Origin: Candidatus Sungiibacteriota bacterium
GTDB taxonomy: Bacteria > Patescibacteriota > Minisyncoccia > Sungbacterales > HO2-52-23
Length of the DNA: 64,000 nucleotides
Direction of reading: 5' to 3'
NCBI GenBank assembly: GCA_016196115.1
Contig: JACPYI010000023.1
Span: 1,348 to 65,347, forward strand
Shown here piece after piece: positions 1 to 10,086 of this stretch. A program made the translations under genes and the position numbers. Within the stretch, counting starts at the first letter, position 1. Each line of letters begins with the position of its first letter. Under the pieces are notes generated by a model. That model made no database searches. It worked only from the letters and a program-made list of their open reading frames with translations, and was not told the origin of the DNA.

Positions 1-218
1 CCGAACATATCGGAATCCCTGGCAAGCCGCACGTTCACGTTAAAATTCTCAAAGCAGGGCACACTGTCGTGGTAGACATGCGGGTCGTAGGCGGCCCTGA
101 GATACGGGCTTGTATCAACGATCAGATCGGTTTTCAAGCGCGAAGCAACCCCGCGCCCGAACGCGTACTGAAACAACTGATTGCCTAAGCCCCCATGTAC
201 TCTCACGATGATTGACAT
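1..218 (-). CDS. Glycosyltransferase family 11 (alpha-1,2-fucosyltransferase-like), N-terminal part; gene continues beyond the window start
   Basis: Reverse-strand translation from ATG (rc of 216-218) gives MSIIVRVHGGLGNQLFQYAFGRG..., the hallmark GT11 N-terminal motif (GGLGNQ[LM]FQYA). Not in the ORF track because it is truncated by the window edge. Confidence 0.6.
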   Translation of the reverse strand, partial: MSIIVRVHGGLGNQLFQYAFGRGVASRLKTDLIVDTSPYLRAAYDPHVYHDSVPCFENFNVNVRLARDSDMF

Positions 219-242
219 ACGTGTGCTGCGCTTGATGCGGCA

Positions 243-857
243 TCAGGCGCGTTTGGGATACAGCCGAAAGTTGTCTTTTTTCATTTCAAACAAATAATTA
301 TGGGTTCGCGCCAATTCCTGTATTCGTGCAGCCGAGGGATATCCTCCATGTCCGGTGAAGTCACGGGCATCGTCTATCAGGATCACGTGATTTTTTACCG
401 GGTGATTGAATATCTGTTCCAGTTCCTCCTCAATGGGAGTAATGGTTTTCCCTCTGACCGTGTCGCCGCGGGAATCGTGCGCATCAAGCCAAAAAATCAC
501 GGGCTCCCGTATGTGCGCCAAGATCCGCGAAAGCATCTCGCTGCTGTCGCCGTGCACGATTTCTATATGGTTTTCATCTTTGAATCTTTCCCGCGCTTTC
601 CGCCACAATTCGTCTCCCAATTCTATGGAATACGCCTTGCGAAAATGGCGCTTGACTGCATCAACCATATCTCCTTTATGGGTTCCGGTTTCAATAAATA
701 TGCCGTACGGGAAACGTTTTTGCCAGGACAAGACCGAGTTTGTGTTTTTGTTCCTGATATTTCTGACCTTTCGCGCGTCAATCCATGCCATCAGCGGGGC
801 ATGCAAGCCGAAAAACTTGAGTGTTATTTTTGCGATTGATCTGGCTGTGGCTTTCAT
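243..857 (-). CDS. Class I SAM-dependent methyltransferase (TylF/CmcI-like fold)
   Basis: ORF 243..977; motif GIFIETGTHKGD (MTase motif I-like) and WLDAHDS. The ATG at 977 overlaps the divergent + gene start, so the internal start MKATARS at 857 is preferred. Start uncertain. Confidence 0.55.
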   Translation of the reverse strand: MKATARSIAKITLKFFGLHAPLMAWIDARKVRNIRNKNTNSVLSWQKRFPYGIFIETGTHKGDMVDAVKRHFRKAYSIELGDELWRKARERFKDENHIEIVHGDSSEMLSRILAHIREPVIFWLDAHDSRGDTVRGKTITPIEEELEQIFNHPVKNHVILIDDARDFTGHGGYPSAARIQELARTHNYLFEMKKDNFRLYPKRA

Positions 858-958
858 AATAATTTTGATAATAGAAACTTTTCCTCGGCGGAAGATGTCA
901 TCGGAAATAAGTAAAAAATGCCCCTTGCATTCTTTTTTAGAGAATATATCATATCTAT

Positions 959-1954
959 ATGGAAATGAAAAGAGCATTGGTATTGGGCGCGGGCGGATTT
1001 ATCGGAGGCCATCTGGTGAAACGGCTCAAAAAAGAGGGATATTGGGTGCGGGGGGTGGATCTCAAGCGCCACGAATACGAAGAAAGTCCGGCGGATGAAT
1101 TTGTGATCGGGGATTTGCGTGATCCGCGGGTTTGCGAAAAAGTTTTGGATCAGCCGTTCGACCGGGTATATCAGCTTGCCGCGGACATGGGAGGCGCCGG
1201 TTTTATTTTTACCGGGGACAACGACGCGGCCATCATGCACAATTCCGCCCTGATCAATTTGAATATCGCGGAGCTTGCCTCGCGCATGGGCGTGAAAAAG
1301 ATTTTTTACTCGTCCTCGGCATGCATCTATCCGGAGCGCAACCAGATGGACCCGGAGAAGCCCGTATGCGCCGAAGAGTCCGCATATCCGGCGGCTCCGG
1401 ACAGCGAGTACGGCTGGGAAAAGATTTTCAGCGAACGTTTCTATCTTGCATGCGCCCGCAACTGTAAACTTCCGGTCCGCATCGCCCGCTTTCACAACGT
1501 GTTCGGTCCGGAGGGCACCTGGACCGGCAGCAGGGAAAAAGCTCCGGCTGCCATTTGCAGGAAAGTTGCGGAGGCACCCGATGGAGGCGAAATTGAAATC
1601 TGGGGAGACGGCAAGCAGACCCGCTCGTTTTTGTATATTGATGAATGTCTTGATGGCGTAGAGCGCTTGATGCGGTCCGACTTTACGGGTCCGGTCAATA
1701 TCGGTTCCGAAGAGATGGTCACGATCAACGGCCTTGCCCACATGGCAATGGAGATCGCGGGCAAGAAACTCTCCATCAAGCATGTGCCCGGGCCCCTTGG
1801 CGTGCGCGGGAGGAATTCCGACAACCGCCTCATCCTTGAAAAGCTCGGCTGGGCTCCTTCGCTGCCGCTCAAAGAGGGACTTGCCAAGACCTACGCATGG
1901 ATTGCGGATCGGGTGCGGGACAATCTGGTATACGCGACCAACCCATATGGCTGA
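959..1954 (+). CDS. NAD-dependent epimerase/dehydratase (extended SDR; GDP-/UDP-sugar epimerase-like)
   Basis: N-terminal [14 protein letters not shown] Rossmann motif; typical WcaG-like length of 331 aa. Confidence 0.85.
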   Translation: MEMKRALVLGAGGFIGGHLVKRLKKEGYWVRGVDLKRHEYEESPADEFVIGDLRDPRVCEKVLDQPFDRVYQLAADMGGAGFIFTGDNDAAIMHNSALINLNIAELASRMGVKKIFYSSSACIYPERNQMDPEKPVCAEESAYPAAPDSEYGWEKIFSERFYLACARNCKLPVRIARFHNVFGPEGTWTGSREKAPAAICRKVAEAPDGGEIEIWGDGKQTRSFLYIDECLDGVERLMRSDFTGPVNIGSEEMVTINGLAHMAMEIAGKKLSIKHVPGPLGVRGRNSDNRLILEKLGWAPSLPLKEGLAKTYAWIADRVRDNLVYATNPYG

Positions 1955-2738
1955 GACATTTCCCGCAACCATAGAGGGAGTCAAAGAGTATTGGAACGCC
2001 CGTCCCTGTAACATTCGCCACTCTCAGGCGCCGTTCGGAAGCAGGCAGTATTTTGACGAGGTGGAGAATCGGAAATATTTTGTGGAATATCATATTCCCG
2101 GGTTTGCAGAATTTGAAAAATGGAAAGGAAAAAATGTGTTGGAGATCGGATGCGGGATCGGCACCGATTCCATCAATTTCGCCCGGGCGGGCGCCAAACT
2201 TACTGCGACAGAACTTTCCGAAGAAAGTATCGGGGTATGCGAGAAGCGATTTGACGTGTATGGCCTTTCCGCGAAGTTTCTTACCGGAGACGCAGAAAAG
2301 TTGTCGTCGTTCGTCCCGGTCAAGCGCTACGACCTGGTGTATTCGTTTGGCGTGATCCACCACTCGCCGAATCCGGAGCTGATCGTAAAAGAGATCAAAA
2401 AATATATGGGGTCCGAATCCGAGTTGCGCATCATGCTTTATTCCAAGTATTCAACGAAAAATTTTTTGATCCGGCTCGGGCTCATGCAGCCCGAAGCGCA
2501 AACCGGGTGTCCTGTTGCCTATACCTACAGCGTGAAAGACATTAAAAAACTTCTCGACGGTTTTGACATAATCTCCATCCGCAAAGAGCATATTTTCCCC
2601 TATCGCATCGAACCCTACAAACGGTACGAATACCAAAAATCATTCCCGTGGAATATCCTCCCTCGCCCCGTATTCCGCTGGCTCGAACACCGCCTGGGCT
2701 GGCATACGCTTGTACGCGCGAAATTAAAATTGGCATAA
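1947..2738 (+). CDS. Class I SAM-dependent methyltransferase
   Basis: In-frame ATG at 1947 overlaps the upstream stop (ATGGCTGA). Motif [13 protein letters not shown]; acidic motif LTATELSEE. Confidence 0.8.
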   Translation: MAETFPATIEGVKEYWNARPCNIRHSQAPFGSRQYFDEVENRKYFVEYHIPGFAEFEKWKGKNVLEIGCGIGTDSINFARAGAKLTATELSEESIGVCEKRFDVYGLSAKFLTGDAEKLSSFVPVKRYDLVYSFGVIHHSPNPELIVKEIKKYMGSESELRIMLYSKYSTKNFLIRLGLMQPEAQTGCPVAYTYSVKDIKKLLDGFDIISIRKEHIFPYRIEPYKRYEYQKSFPWNILPRPVFRWLEHRLGWHTLVRAKLKLA

Positions 2739-2751
2739 CAAAAATCTCTCT

Positions 2752-3486
2752 ATGAAAATTGTCTGCCTCAACATTTGGAAGGGTAAGCTCTTGCCGGAAC
2801 TGGTCGCTTTTATCCAAAGCCATGCTCCCACAACGGACATTTTTTGTTTCCAGGAAATGGTTACCTCGCTTGATTCGTCTGGAGAGCGCGTTGATGTTTT
2901 CGGGATCATCGCGAAGTCGCTCCCCGGTTTTCAAGGATTTTTTGAAGCGGCCCAGGATTATGAAAGCGGGCTTGTTGAAGAAGGGCTTGCAATATTCGTA
3001 AAAAGGAGCGATCCCATCGACAAAGAAGGCGACTTCTTCGTGTATCGCACGAGAAATGCGATGATCAACGATGACGGGCGCACCTTGGGCAGAAATATCC
3101 AATTTATGCAGTTTTCCAAATCCGGAAAAGAGTTTGCGATCATCAACTTTCACGGCCTGTGGACCGGAGACGGCAGGGGCGATACGCCCGAGCGCATCGG
3201 CCAGTCGCAAAAACTGAAAGCATTTCTTAATCTGATCCAGTCGGCCAAAATCGTATGCGGCGATTTCAATTTGTCGCGCGATACCCAAAGCATGGCGATC
3301 ATTGAGGCGGGCATGAAAAATCTGATCAAAGAACACCACATCACCTCCACCCGCAACCGCTTCTTTGAGTATCCGGATAAATTCGCCGGCTACATCCTGG
3401 TTGATCCTGACGTGAACATAACAAACTTCCAAGTAATCCAAAACGAGGTCTCGGACCATCTGCCTCTGGTGCTTGAGTTTGAATAA
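2752..3486 (+). CDS. Endonuclease/exonuclease/phosphatase (EEP) family protein
   Basis: Conserved EEP catalytic motifs FCFQEM, CGDFN, SDHLPLVLEF. Confidence 0.75.
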   Translation: MKIVCLNIWKGKLLPELVAFIQSHAPTTDIFCFQEMVTSLDSSGERVDVFGIIAKSLPGFQGFFEAAQDYESGLVEEGLAIFVKRSDPIDKEGDFFVYRTRNAMINDDGRTLGRNIQFMQFSKSGKEFAIINFHGLWTGDGRGDTPERIGQSQKLKAFLNLIQSAKIVCGDFNLSRDTQSMAIIEAGMKNLIKEHHITSTRNRFFEYPDKFAGYILVDPDVNITNFQVIQNEVSDHLPLVLEFE

Positions 3487-3523
3487 AAATTATGGGTTCG
3501 TCTGTACGTATGTACCCGCGCGT

Positions 3524-3560
3524 TTCCGTATGGGGTGCGCGGATTTTGATTTGACTGGGC
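3524..3560 (+). terminator. Weak hairpin (CCGCGC...GCGCGG) followed by T-rich tract after the EEP gene
   Basis: 6-bp GC stem with long loop, then ATTTTGATTT. Marginal. Confidence 0.3.
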
Positions 3561-3628
3561 TTTACAAGATTAGTTTTGGGTGATAGGCTTCTTTCAAGAA
3601 GTAGCTTTACAAAAGAAGGAGGAAGGCA

Positions 3629-4399
3629 ATGATGACTGTCACGAGCAACGCTTTTCACGCGTATTTAGCGAATCTGACGGCAACTCTGATTTCCCACTAC
3701 ACGCCGCCCAATACCGGGGTGGGGTATGATTACAATCACATCTACGAGATGCTGATGTGGGGGCCCAAAATCAAGGCACTTGAACCGTACCGACACCTTG
3801 ATCTGAACGAATTCGTAATTGCGGTGTGGCTCCACAACACCGATCGGCCGGCTTTACTCAAAAAGGAAATCGGTTTTGTAGCGGATAGAAGAATGTCCGC
3901 CGGGGAATTCGCAACTGTATGGGCTGCATATCTGCACAAACTTCTTGTTGACAGTCCTTTTGACGAAGCAACCCGGGATCGGATCGTGGATGCCGTGATC
4001 CAGCATCCGAAAAAGTTCGATGAGCCCGGTGATTCAGTCCTTCTGACTACTTTGCGGATTGCGGACAAGATCGTGAGATTTGGTCCCTTGGGCATGATTG
4101 GACAACCGGCCAATAATCGCGGACATATGTTTTATGACCCGAAGAAACCTTTCGGATTCGGCTCAACGCGAGAGAGCGATCTGCAAACGGTCTATGACGA
4201 CTTTATGCGCGTTTTGGAATGGTACGGCATTCTGCCTTCCGACGAGGCGCGTTCACTTGTTCCCATATCCTGGATAAAAGCCGTGCTGGCTTTCTTGCGG
4301 GTCATGGGGGAGCAGATCGCCATGTACACCGGTAAAGAAAATTTGATTGAGTTGGATCTTAAAAAAGCACTCGGTGCCTATTACGAAAAGTTCGCATAA
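3629..4399 (+). CDS. Hypothetical protein, no confident family assignment
   Basis: 256-aa ORF preceded by strong RBS AAGGAGGAAGG (3616-3626). Confidence 0.55.
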   Translation: MMTVTSNAFHAYLANLTATLISHYTPPNTGVGYDYNHIYEMLMWGPKIKALEPYRHLDLNEFVIAVWLHNTDRPALLKKEIGFVADRRMSAGEFATVWAAYLHKLLVDSPFDEATRDRIVDAVIQHPKKFDEPGDSVLLTTLRIADKIVRFGPLGMIGQPANNRGHMFYDPKKPFGFGSTRESDLQTVYDDFMRVLEWYGILPSDEARSLVPISWIKAVLAFLRVMGEQIAMYTGKENLIELDLKKALGAYYEKFA

Positions 4400-4413
4400 C
4401 AAATCTAAAGCTC

Positions 4414-4452
4414 CATCTCCGGATGGGGCTGTTCTAATTTTTGCTTTTTTAT
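4414..4452 (+). terminator. Putative rho-independent terminator (short CCATC-tccg-GATGG hairpin plus long T-rich tail) between convergent genes
   Basis: Hairpin 4414-4427 followed by tgttctaatttttgctttttta. Confidence 0.4.
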
Positions 4453-5808
4453 TTAGGTTAGTCGGGGATCGTTCTTCAGTGGTGTTCTGCCGAGTGAAAT
4501 ATAAGTAACGTGTTTGGGAAATTGATCTTGGCGGAACATGCCCCAGGGGTCTATGATGGTTTTTTTGGCTGTACTTTTGTTGAAAGCATGGGGCAGGCGG
4601 GCGAACAAGGGATCCGGGTTTGAGACGAGCATGACGTGGCTTTTGTCGAGCAAATCCTGAAAGGACGCGGCGTAGGTTACGGTGTTGTGCAGGATTTCTT
4701 TGGCGTGGTCGTGTCCCATGTGCTCAAAGAGCGTGACACGGTAATTTTTTTTGAGCAACTGCTGCGTTATTTTTAGTGCCTGCGATTCCTCGAAGTGCGT
4801 TGTTTTCGGTTTATAGCTTATGCCAAGGATGCCGATCCGGTGTTTCTTGCGTTGCGAGACCGAAGCGATAAACCTGCTCACTTTTGCCGGGATCAATTCG
4901 TTGAGCGTATGCGTGGCAAGGGCAAGAGGGGTTTTGATGCCGCGCCGCATCGCCATATTGGCAAATGCGAAGTTGTCCCGCGGAAAGCATGGTCCGCCGT
5001 ATCCGAGGCCGCTCCGGAAGTATCTCTGGCCGATGCGTTTGTCTTTGCCCAGAGCGCCGGTAATGTCGTCTACGTTTGCGTGGGGAAGGCGCGAACATAT
5101 CTCGCCCAAAATATTGGCAAACGTGATTTTCATGGTGACATAGGAATTCAAACTGATCTTTGCAAGCTCGGCGCTCTCAACGCTCATGCGCTCGATCGGC
5201 GCCGCGCCGCCATAGATGTCTTGATATATCTCCTCAAGCATATTGCCGGATTTTTTGTCATACGCGCCGAGAAAGAGAAAGTCAGGATTGCGCAAATTGC
5301 CGATGATGTCGCCAATGGCGATCAAGCTCGGGCTGTAGCAGTATCCGAAATCAACCCCGCATTTTTTCCCGGAATATTTTTCCAGCGCCGGAATAATTGC
5401 GTTTCGCGAATCTTCGGGCAGGACCGTGCTGACCAGCACCAGCAGGTGATAGCCCTTCTTTGTGCGAAGCGCCGGCCCTATCTTTTTTGCAACGTCAACG
5501 ACATAGGCGGTGGAAAACGATCCGTCTTTTTTGCTTGGTGTAGGCACGACGATAAAGGTGACGTCGCTCATGCCGATCAATTTTTCTGGATCGCTGGCCG
5601 CGGAGATCCGCTTCCGGTTGGCCGCAATAAGTTCGGCAAGTTCCGGCTCTTGCACCGGCGCTCGGCCCTCGTTGACGGCCTGAACGTGCTCCTCTTTGAC
5701 ATCAAAGCCGATGATCTGATATCCCTTGCTTGCATAAAAGGCAGCGTAGCAGGCCCCGAGCTTGCCCAGGCCCATGACCGATAGTTTTGCCTTAGTAATT
5801 TTTTTCAT
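4453..5808 (-). CDS. Nucleotide-sugar dehydrogenase (UDP-glucose/GDP-mannose 6-dehydrogenase family)
   Basis: N-terminal VMGLGKLGA NAD-binding motif and catalytic GGPCFPRD motif (GGxCxxKD type). Confidence 0.85.
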   Translation of the reverse strand: MKKITKAKLSVMGLGKLGACYAAFYASKGYQIIGFDVKEEHVQAVNEGRAPVQEPELAELIAANRKRISAASDPEKLIGMSDVTFIVVPTPSKKDGSFSTAYVVDVAKKIGPALRTKKGYHLLVLVSTVLPEDSRNAIIPALEKYSGKKCGVDFGYCYSPSLIAIGDIIGNLRNPDFLFLGAYDKKSGNMLEEIYQDIYGGAAPIERMSVESAELAKISLNSYVTMKITFANILGEICSRLPHANVDDITGALGKDKRIGQRYFRSGLGYGGPCFPRDNFAFANMAMRRGIKTPLALATHTLNELIPAKVSRFIASVSQRKKHRIGILGISYKPKTTHFEESQALKITQQLLKKNYRVTLFEHMGHDHAKEILHNTVTYAASFQDLLDKSHVMLVSNPDPLFARLPHAFNKSTAKKTIIDPWGMFRQDQFPKHVTYISLGRTPLKNDPRLT

Positions 5809-5814
5809 GTGGAC

Positions 5815-6822
5815 TTAAGTTAAGTATTTTAAGTACTTTTCGAAAAACCGCTGCGTCGTGTACTCGGCCATAAATTTTTTATGCGCGTTTTCGATCACGG
5901 GCTCATATTTCTTGAAGTCGGATAAAATTTCCCGCACCTTTTCCTCCAATTTGCCCGGCTCGTAGTAGATGAATTCCTTGCCCGGCTCAAAAAAGCGCTC
6001 AATGAGATTCCACGGATCGCGCCGGCACAAGATCAGCGAACGGCAGAGCGCCGCCTCAAAAGCTCTGGTCTTTAACTGCGGCGCCGTGAATGTCTTGCCG
6101 CGGATGCGGTCGAAGAAATTTGTGATGATTCCACGCGCGCTTGGTCGCGGAAATAAGGCGAATGCCCCGTTATCTTCCCACCCCTTGGTCCGCCAGACGT
6201 TCGTAACGCCCGCGGCATTGCAGGGAACGGTGTTTTGGAGAAGCGTGATTTTGGTCTGCGCCATGATCTTCCATTTTTCAAGATGCGGGATGTTTTGCTC
6301 GGTGATATAGCGCGCTCCGGCCTCCAGGAATTTCATACTGGGGAACAGGTGTCTCATCTTTCGTACGATTCGGAGATTGGGGATCGTTTTGTAGGTGAGG
6401 ATACCATTGTGGGCGATAAACCTATAATTGAATCGTGATATTGTTTTGACATCCTCAAATATCTCCTTGCTGTGCAGGCCGCCGCTGTAGATGATGTCAT
6501 ATATTTTTTCCATTTTGGGCGGTCCCAGTTCCGGATCAATCGGATAAAAAACAGGAATGCGCCGTTGAGCGCCTTGTTGCTTGTTCAGCCACGCGGCCGT
6601 GAACGGACAGATGGTCAGAATTTTATAAAAATAGTACTCGTACTCGTCCCGTCTGAAAACAGGATCGCTCAAGAAAAATCGGTTTGGCTCCTCAAGCTCG
6701 GCATACACTATTTTCCTGCCCTTGAGCGCCGGGCCCAGCAGCCCTTTGAAATTGATTCGCACCTCCAGATAGACAAAGTCCCCGGCCAGATGGGCGAATT
6801 TGTCCATATTGGTAAACGACAT
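5815..6822 (-). CDS. CgeB-like / GT1-related glycosyltransferase-like protein
   Basis: C-terminal region FEAALCRSLILCRRDP...GKEFIYYEPGKLEEKV resembles the glycosyltransferase group-1 C-terminal (CgeB/DUF3880-type). Start chosen at MSFTN (6822) because of the upstream GAGGAG RBS. Confidence 0.5.
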   Translation of the reverse strand: MSFTNMDKFAHLAGDFVYLEVRINFKGLLGPALKGRKIVYAELEEPNRFFLSDPVFRRDEYEYYFYKILTICPFTAAWLNKQQGAQRRIPVFYPIDPELGPPKMEKIYDIIYSGGLHSKEIFEDVKTISRFNYRFIAHNGILTYKTIPNLRIVRKMRHLFPSMKFLEAGARYITEQNIPHLEKWKIMAQTKITLLQNTVPCNAAGVTNVWRTKGWEDNGAFALFPRPSARGIITNFFDRIRGKTFTAPQLKTRAFEAALCRSLILCRRDPWNLIERFFEPGKEFIYYEPGKLEEKVREILSDFKKYEPVIENAHKKFMAEYTTQRFFEKYLKYLT

Positions 6823-6870
6823 GATCCACTCCTCTGGATATTTTCTTCCCCCGGTGTGCACTTCCATATA

Positions 6871-7716
6871 TTATGAGCGTTGATGTGCCGGTTTTTCTTT
6901 GATCTTTTGCCCGTTTTCCTCAAGACCGGGAGGCAGCGGTTTATAGCGGAGCAATTTTACCACGCTTCCGGTGTTCATATGAAATTCGGTTATCGGGATG
7001 ATTCGGCGCGACCATTCCGCATCTTCCCCTTCGCCCCAGCGCAGGTTTTCGTCCAGTGGATTTTCCGCATAGAAATTTCTTTTCACCGCAAAGTACGTGC
7101 CGCTTATGTATTGATGTTCGGTATGCTTCGCGTCATAGGGGATCAGAGCAAACTTCATGGTGGAAACATCAAACTTGATCCAGTCCTTCCATCTGGCGCC
7201 GTCGGTGTTTATGATCCTGTTCATACACACGTCAAAATCGGATCCGAATTCGTCAAATCCCTTTTTCCATCCGGGTTCAAGGGCAAGATAATCGTGCGTG
7301 AGTACGACTTTGTCGTAGCGCGCGAGTGCCACCCCCATGTTTTTTTTCTTGGTGATCCAGCCGGATGCGAGGTTTAGCTCGCGGTAGGGGACATGCCGCA
7401 CCCCAGCCATAAACGCCTCGCGTGCGAGCCGAGGCGGTCCCACGACAATGATCTCAAACGGAGTTCCCTTAAGTTCGCGCGTCATGGATTGGATGGCCTG
7501 TTGCAGCAGATTGTTTGACTTGCCGTCGGTGATAATCACGATTGACCATCCGACTTTCACATCTATAGGCAGGAGGTTTGTTTTTGGGTTTATGATGTTT
7601 TCATACCTCTGGGAAACAAAGCGCAACAAAGATGCGCGAAGCCGCACCAAAAAAACTCTTCCCATGCCCAGCTTTTCGTACAAGCCGGGATACTTTTTTT
7701 TCAGCGCGCGTTTCAT
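6871..7716 (-). CDS. Putative GT-A-fold glycosyltransferase-like protein
   Basis: GT2-like N-terminal pattern SIVIITDGKSNNLLQQAIQSM...FEIIVVG. Weak assignment. Confidence 0.4.
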   Translation of the reverse strand: MKRALKKKYPGLYEKLGMGRVFLVRLRASLLRFVSQRYENIINPKTNLLPIDVKVGWSIVIITDGKSNNLLQQAIQSMTRELKGTPFEIIVVGPPRLAREAFMAGVRHVPYRELNLASGWITKKKNMGVALARYDKVVLTHDYLALEPGWKKGFDEFGSDFDVCMNRIINTDGARWKDWIKFDVSTMKFALIPYDAKHTEHQYISGTYFAVKRNFYAENPLDENLRWGEGEDAEWSRRIIPITEFHMNTGSVVKLLRYKPLPPGLEENGQKIKEKPAHQRS

Positions 7717-8468
7717 ACCGTTATCTTCTTGTCCTCAAGCCCCCTGATAAAAAGCTCCAAGTCCTCGGGCGTGCCGAGACCATGCATCTTTTCTGCGGCA
7801 GTAGTGCGCGCATAGATATTTTTATTTCCCAAAATAAGCTCGTTGTATACGGGACAGACATAAAACTCGTTATTGTGCCGGATGTTTTTGCGGATCATGG
7901 ATTGCGCCGCCTCGACAAAATCACTGCCTTTCTGAAAATAGTAAATCCCGGCGGTTGCGTTATTGGAAATAACCCTTTTCTCCGCGGTTTCAAGAACCTT
8001 TCCGGAAGAATCAACCCGCGCATAGCTCCATTTCGGATGGCTGGCATGAAAGGTCAGGATCAGCCCGTCTTTTTCGTGCTCGCGGGCACTGGCGATGAAA
8101 TCATTGATGTCAAACTCGATATATTGATCCGAGTTCGCAATGATCAGTTCCTCGCCGGTGTTGATGTGGTGGCTGGCGCATAGAACCGTGCATGCCGCTC
8201 CTTCAGTGATGCCGCCAATAGGCACGATCTCAAATTTATTGTTGGTCGCGTTTTTCAGAATATTGTAGAGATCGTATTTTTCCTGAAGCTCTTTCCTGCA
8301 TACAAAAATAAATTTGTGATCCGTCTGCGGGCGCAGATTATTGACCACGACCTCGATCATGGTCTTTCCTTTGATATCAATGAGGGGCTTGGGAAATGCA
8401 TAGCCCGCATCCTTAAACGGAGCGCCTTGTCCGGCCATGGGGATCACGATGTTGAGCATTTTTTCCAT
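7713..8468 (-). CDS. Sugar-phosphate nucleotidyltransferase (LicC/MobA-like GT-A NTP-transferase)
   Basis: N-terminal IVIPMAGQGAPF; C-terminal GLGTPEDL. Start at MEKML (8468); the upstream in-frame stretch looks non-coding. Confidence 0.65.
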   Translation of the reverse strand: MEKMLNIVIPMAGQGAPFKDAGYAFPKPLIDIKGKTMIEVVVNNLRPQTDHKFIFVCRKELQEKYDLYNILKNATNNKFEIVPIGGITEGAACTVLCASHHINTGEELIIANSDQYIEFDINDFIASAREHEKDGLILTFHASHPKWSYARVDSSGKVLETAEKRVISNNATAGIYYFQKGSDFVEAAQSMIRKNIRHNNEFYVCPVYNELILGNKNIYARTTAAEKMHGLGTPEDLELFIRGLEDKKITV

Positions 8469-8478
8469 ACATGTATGC

Positions 8479-9300
8479 TTAGGGGAGTTTTGTGTCGCAA
8501 TGCTGCAAGAAATATTCCAAGTCCGCGGGCGTGCCAAGTCCCCACACGATCGGCGTGATTGCGGCCTGTATTTTCATGCCCTTGGAGATGAGTTCCTGAT
8601 AAATGGGCGCCACGTAAAATTCTTTTTTCCCTTCGTCGCCGGTGGTGCGGTTGGCCGCGATCGCCTCTTCCACCGCATCAAAAAAATAATGCGCTTTGGT
8701 AAAACAGTATGCGCCGATATTTGCGTACGCGCCCCGCTCCATAAGCGCGCGATCTTTTTCGCCGACTTGCTCGATCACGGTTGAGCCGGATTTTACCAGC
8801 GCATAACTCCAGCGCGGGATACGGTCGTCGGGCGCCGAGAACACCGGAATCATGCCGGCGGTGTCCGGGTCTTTATGTTCAAGCATGGCGGCAAGATAGC
8901 TGCCGTCAAAAAAGTGATCCGAGTCCGAGATAATTATTTGCTCGTCCGGATCAACAAACGGCCGTGTCTGATACGCGGTCTCGGCCGCTCCGCGCGTAAC
9001 CGCATCAAGCGAGATCACGTGGATGTCGTTTGAATATATTTTTTTCAGTTCGCTCGTGATCGCGTGGCTCTTGTCGTGTTCTTTGAGTACGATGAAAATC
9101 ATATCTTTGGGCGTGACCCGCAACGGCGATACCACGTGCTGTCCCGGATGCTCCAAAAACGGCAGCGAGCCGGTTGCCCAGCGCACCATAGGAAAGCCCC
9201 GCACCGAAATAAGCGGCTTTGGTTTGGTATATTCGGGATTTTGGTCCGCGACCTTCTGAAACCGCGTCCCCAGCCCCGCCATAGGCACGATAATTTTCAT
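8479..9300 (-). CDS. Sugar-phosphate nucleotidyltransferase, paralog of 7713..8468
   Basis: KIIVPMAGLGTRF and GLGTPADLEYF; aligns along its length with the neighbouring gene. ATG at 9300; the ORF-track M at 9309 is a TTG. Confidence 0.65.
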   Translation of the reverse strand: MKIIVPMAGLGTRFQKVADQNPEYTKPKPLISVRGFPMVRWATGSLPFLEHPGQHVVSPLRVTPKDMIFIVLKEHDKSHAITSELKKIYSNDIHVISLDAVTRGAAETAYQTRPFVDPDEQIIISDSDHFFDGSYLAAMLEHKDPDTAGMIPVFSAPDDRIPRWSYALVKSGSTVIEQVGEKDRALMERGAYANIGAYCFTKAHYFFDAVEEAIAANRTTGDEGKKEFYVAPIYQELISKGMKIQAAITPIVWGLGTPADLEYFLQHCDTKLP

Positions 9301-9420
9301 GTGTCCCAATCTTATGATCTATAACGTAGCACACATCATAAAAAGTTTCCACTTGTTTTCTCGCCGTAAAAATAAGAGCGATCTTTCGCGTATTCGCAAA
9401 AGTCGCTCATGTCATGATGC

Positions 9421-10086
9421 CTACCGTGCCGACAACGTCAGCAGTTGGTAGGCGGTTCCGCAGAATAGCCGTTTAATGTTTAGATCTACAGGAGTCGCGA
9501 GGATGGCCTCACGCACCTCGAGAATGTGGTTGATATATTTCTTTGGCCGGAAACGTTTCGGAAGCGTCCGGATTCGGGCGAGCGTACAGTGCAAAATGTC
9601 TTCCATGGGCAATGGTCGGATACCGCGCTGCTCGTAGTATGCCGACAGTTGTTGCCGGGCATTGATAATCTCATCCGGCACATACGCTGCGTTTAGGAGC
9701 ACATTGCCGCAGTCAATGAGAAGCTGAGAATAAACGATTGTGGTAGCAGACAAAACTTGCTCGATCCTGCGGACAAGCTCCACACCCTCGGCATCAAAGA
9801 AAAGATCCGGCTCCGCCGCAACTCCTTCCTGAAGCGTACAGTGCCAAGGATAATCTCGCCCCACAAGGAAAAATTTCACACCCGTATCTTGTTCAATGTT
9901 ATCAAAGATAAGGGTTAGGGTAACTGGTGCCAACGAGTCATTCATGAAGCCGATGGACGTATTGAGCCGCATCCGCAATTCTTCCGGCACGGATGGGAAC
10001 AAAGGAATGTTGCCGCTTCTTACCGCCGCCATTCCCGCCTCGTGAATCCGATTACATTTTTCAAGAACTGGGTTTGGATTGCTCAC
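9421..10086 (-). CDS. 2H phosphoesterase superfamily protein (LigT / 2'-5' RNA ligase-like)
   Basis: Two H-x-T-x motifs (WHCTL near residue 82 and LHCTL near residue 167) about 85 aa apart, the defining 2H signature. Confidence 0.5.
   Translation of the reverse strand: MSNPNPVLEKCNRIHEAGMAAVRSGNIPLFPSVPEELRMRLNTSIGFMNDSLAPVTLTLIFDNIEQDTGVKFFLVGRDYPWHCTLQEGVAAEPDLFFDAEGVELVRRIEQVLSATTIVYSQLLIDCGNVLLNAAYVPDEIINARQQLSAYYEQRGIRPLPMEDILHCTLARIRTLPKRFRPKKYINHILEVREAILATPVDLNIKRLFCGTAYQLLTLSAR

Noticed and set aside
854-2014. 386-aa minus-strand ORF spanning the epimerase and methyltransferase genes
   Set aside because: It lies entirely antisense to two + strand genes with clear family motifs. Its translation is low-complexity and Arg/Gly-rich, typical of a shadow ORF in GC-rich DNA.
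4795-5784. 329-aa + strand ORF antisense to the nucleotide-sugar dehydrogenase
   Set aside because: It is a shadow ORF. The minus-strand gene carries the diagnostic GGPCFPRD and NAD-binding motifs, while this frame has no recognisable domain and an Arg-rich composition.
9310-9420. Possible small RNA or tRNA in intergenic spacers (also 3487..3628, 11028..11137, 12259..12576, 61592..62098, 63559..63750)
   Set aside because: None of these spacers contains a tRNA-like T-arm such as GGTTCGAATCC, an acceptor-stem pairing or rRNA signatures. Only hairpins and terminators were found.
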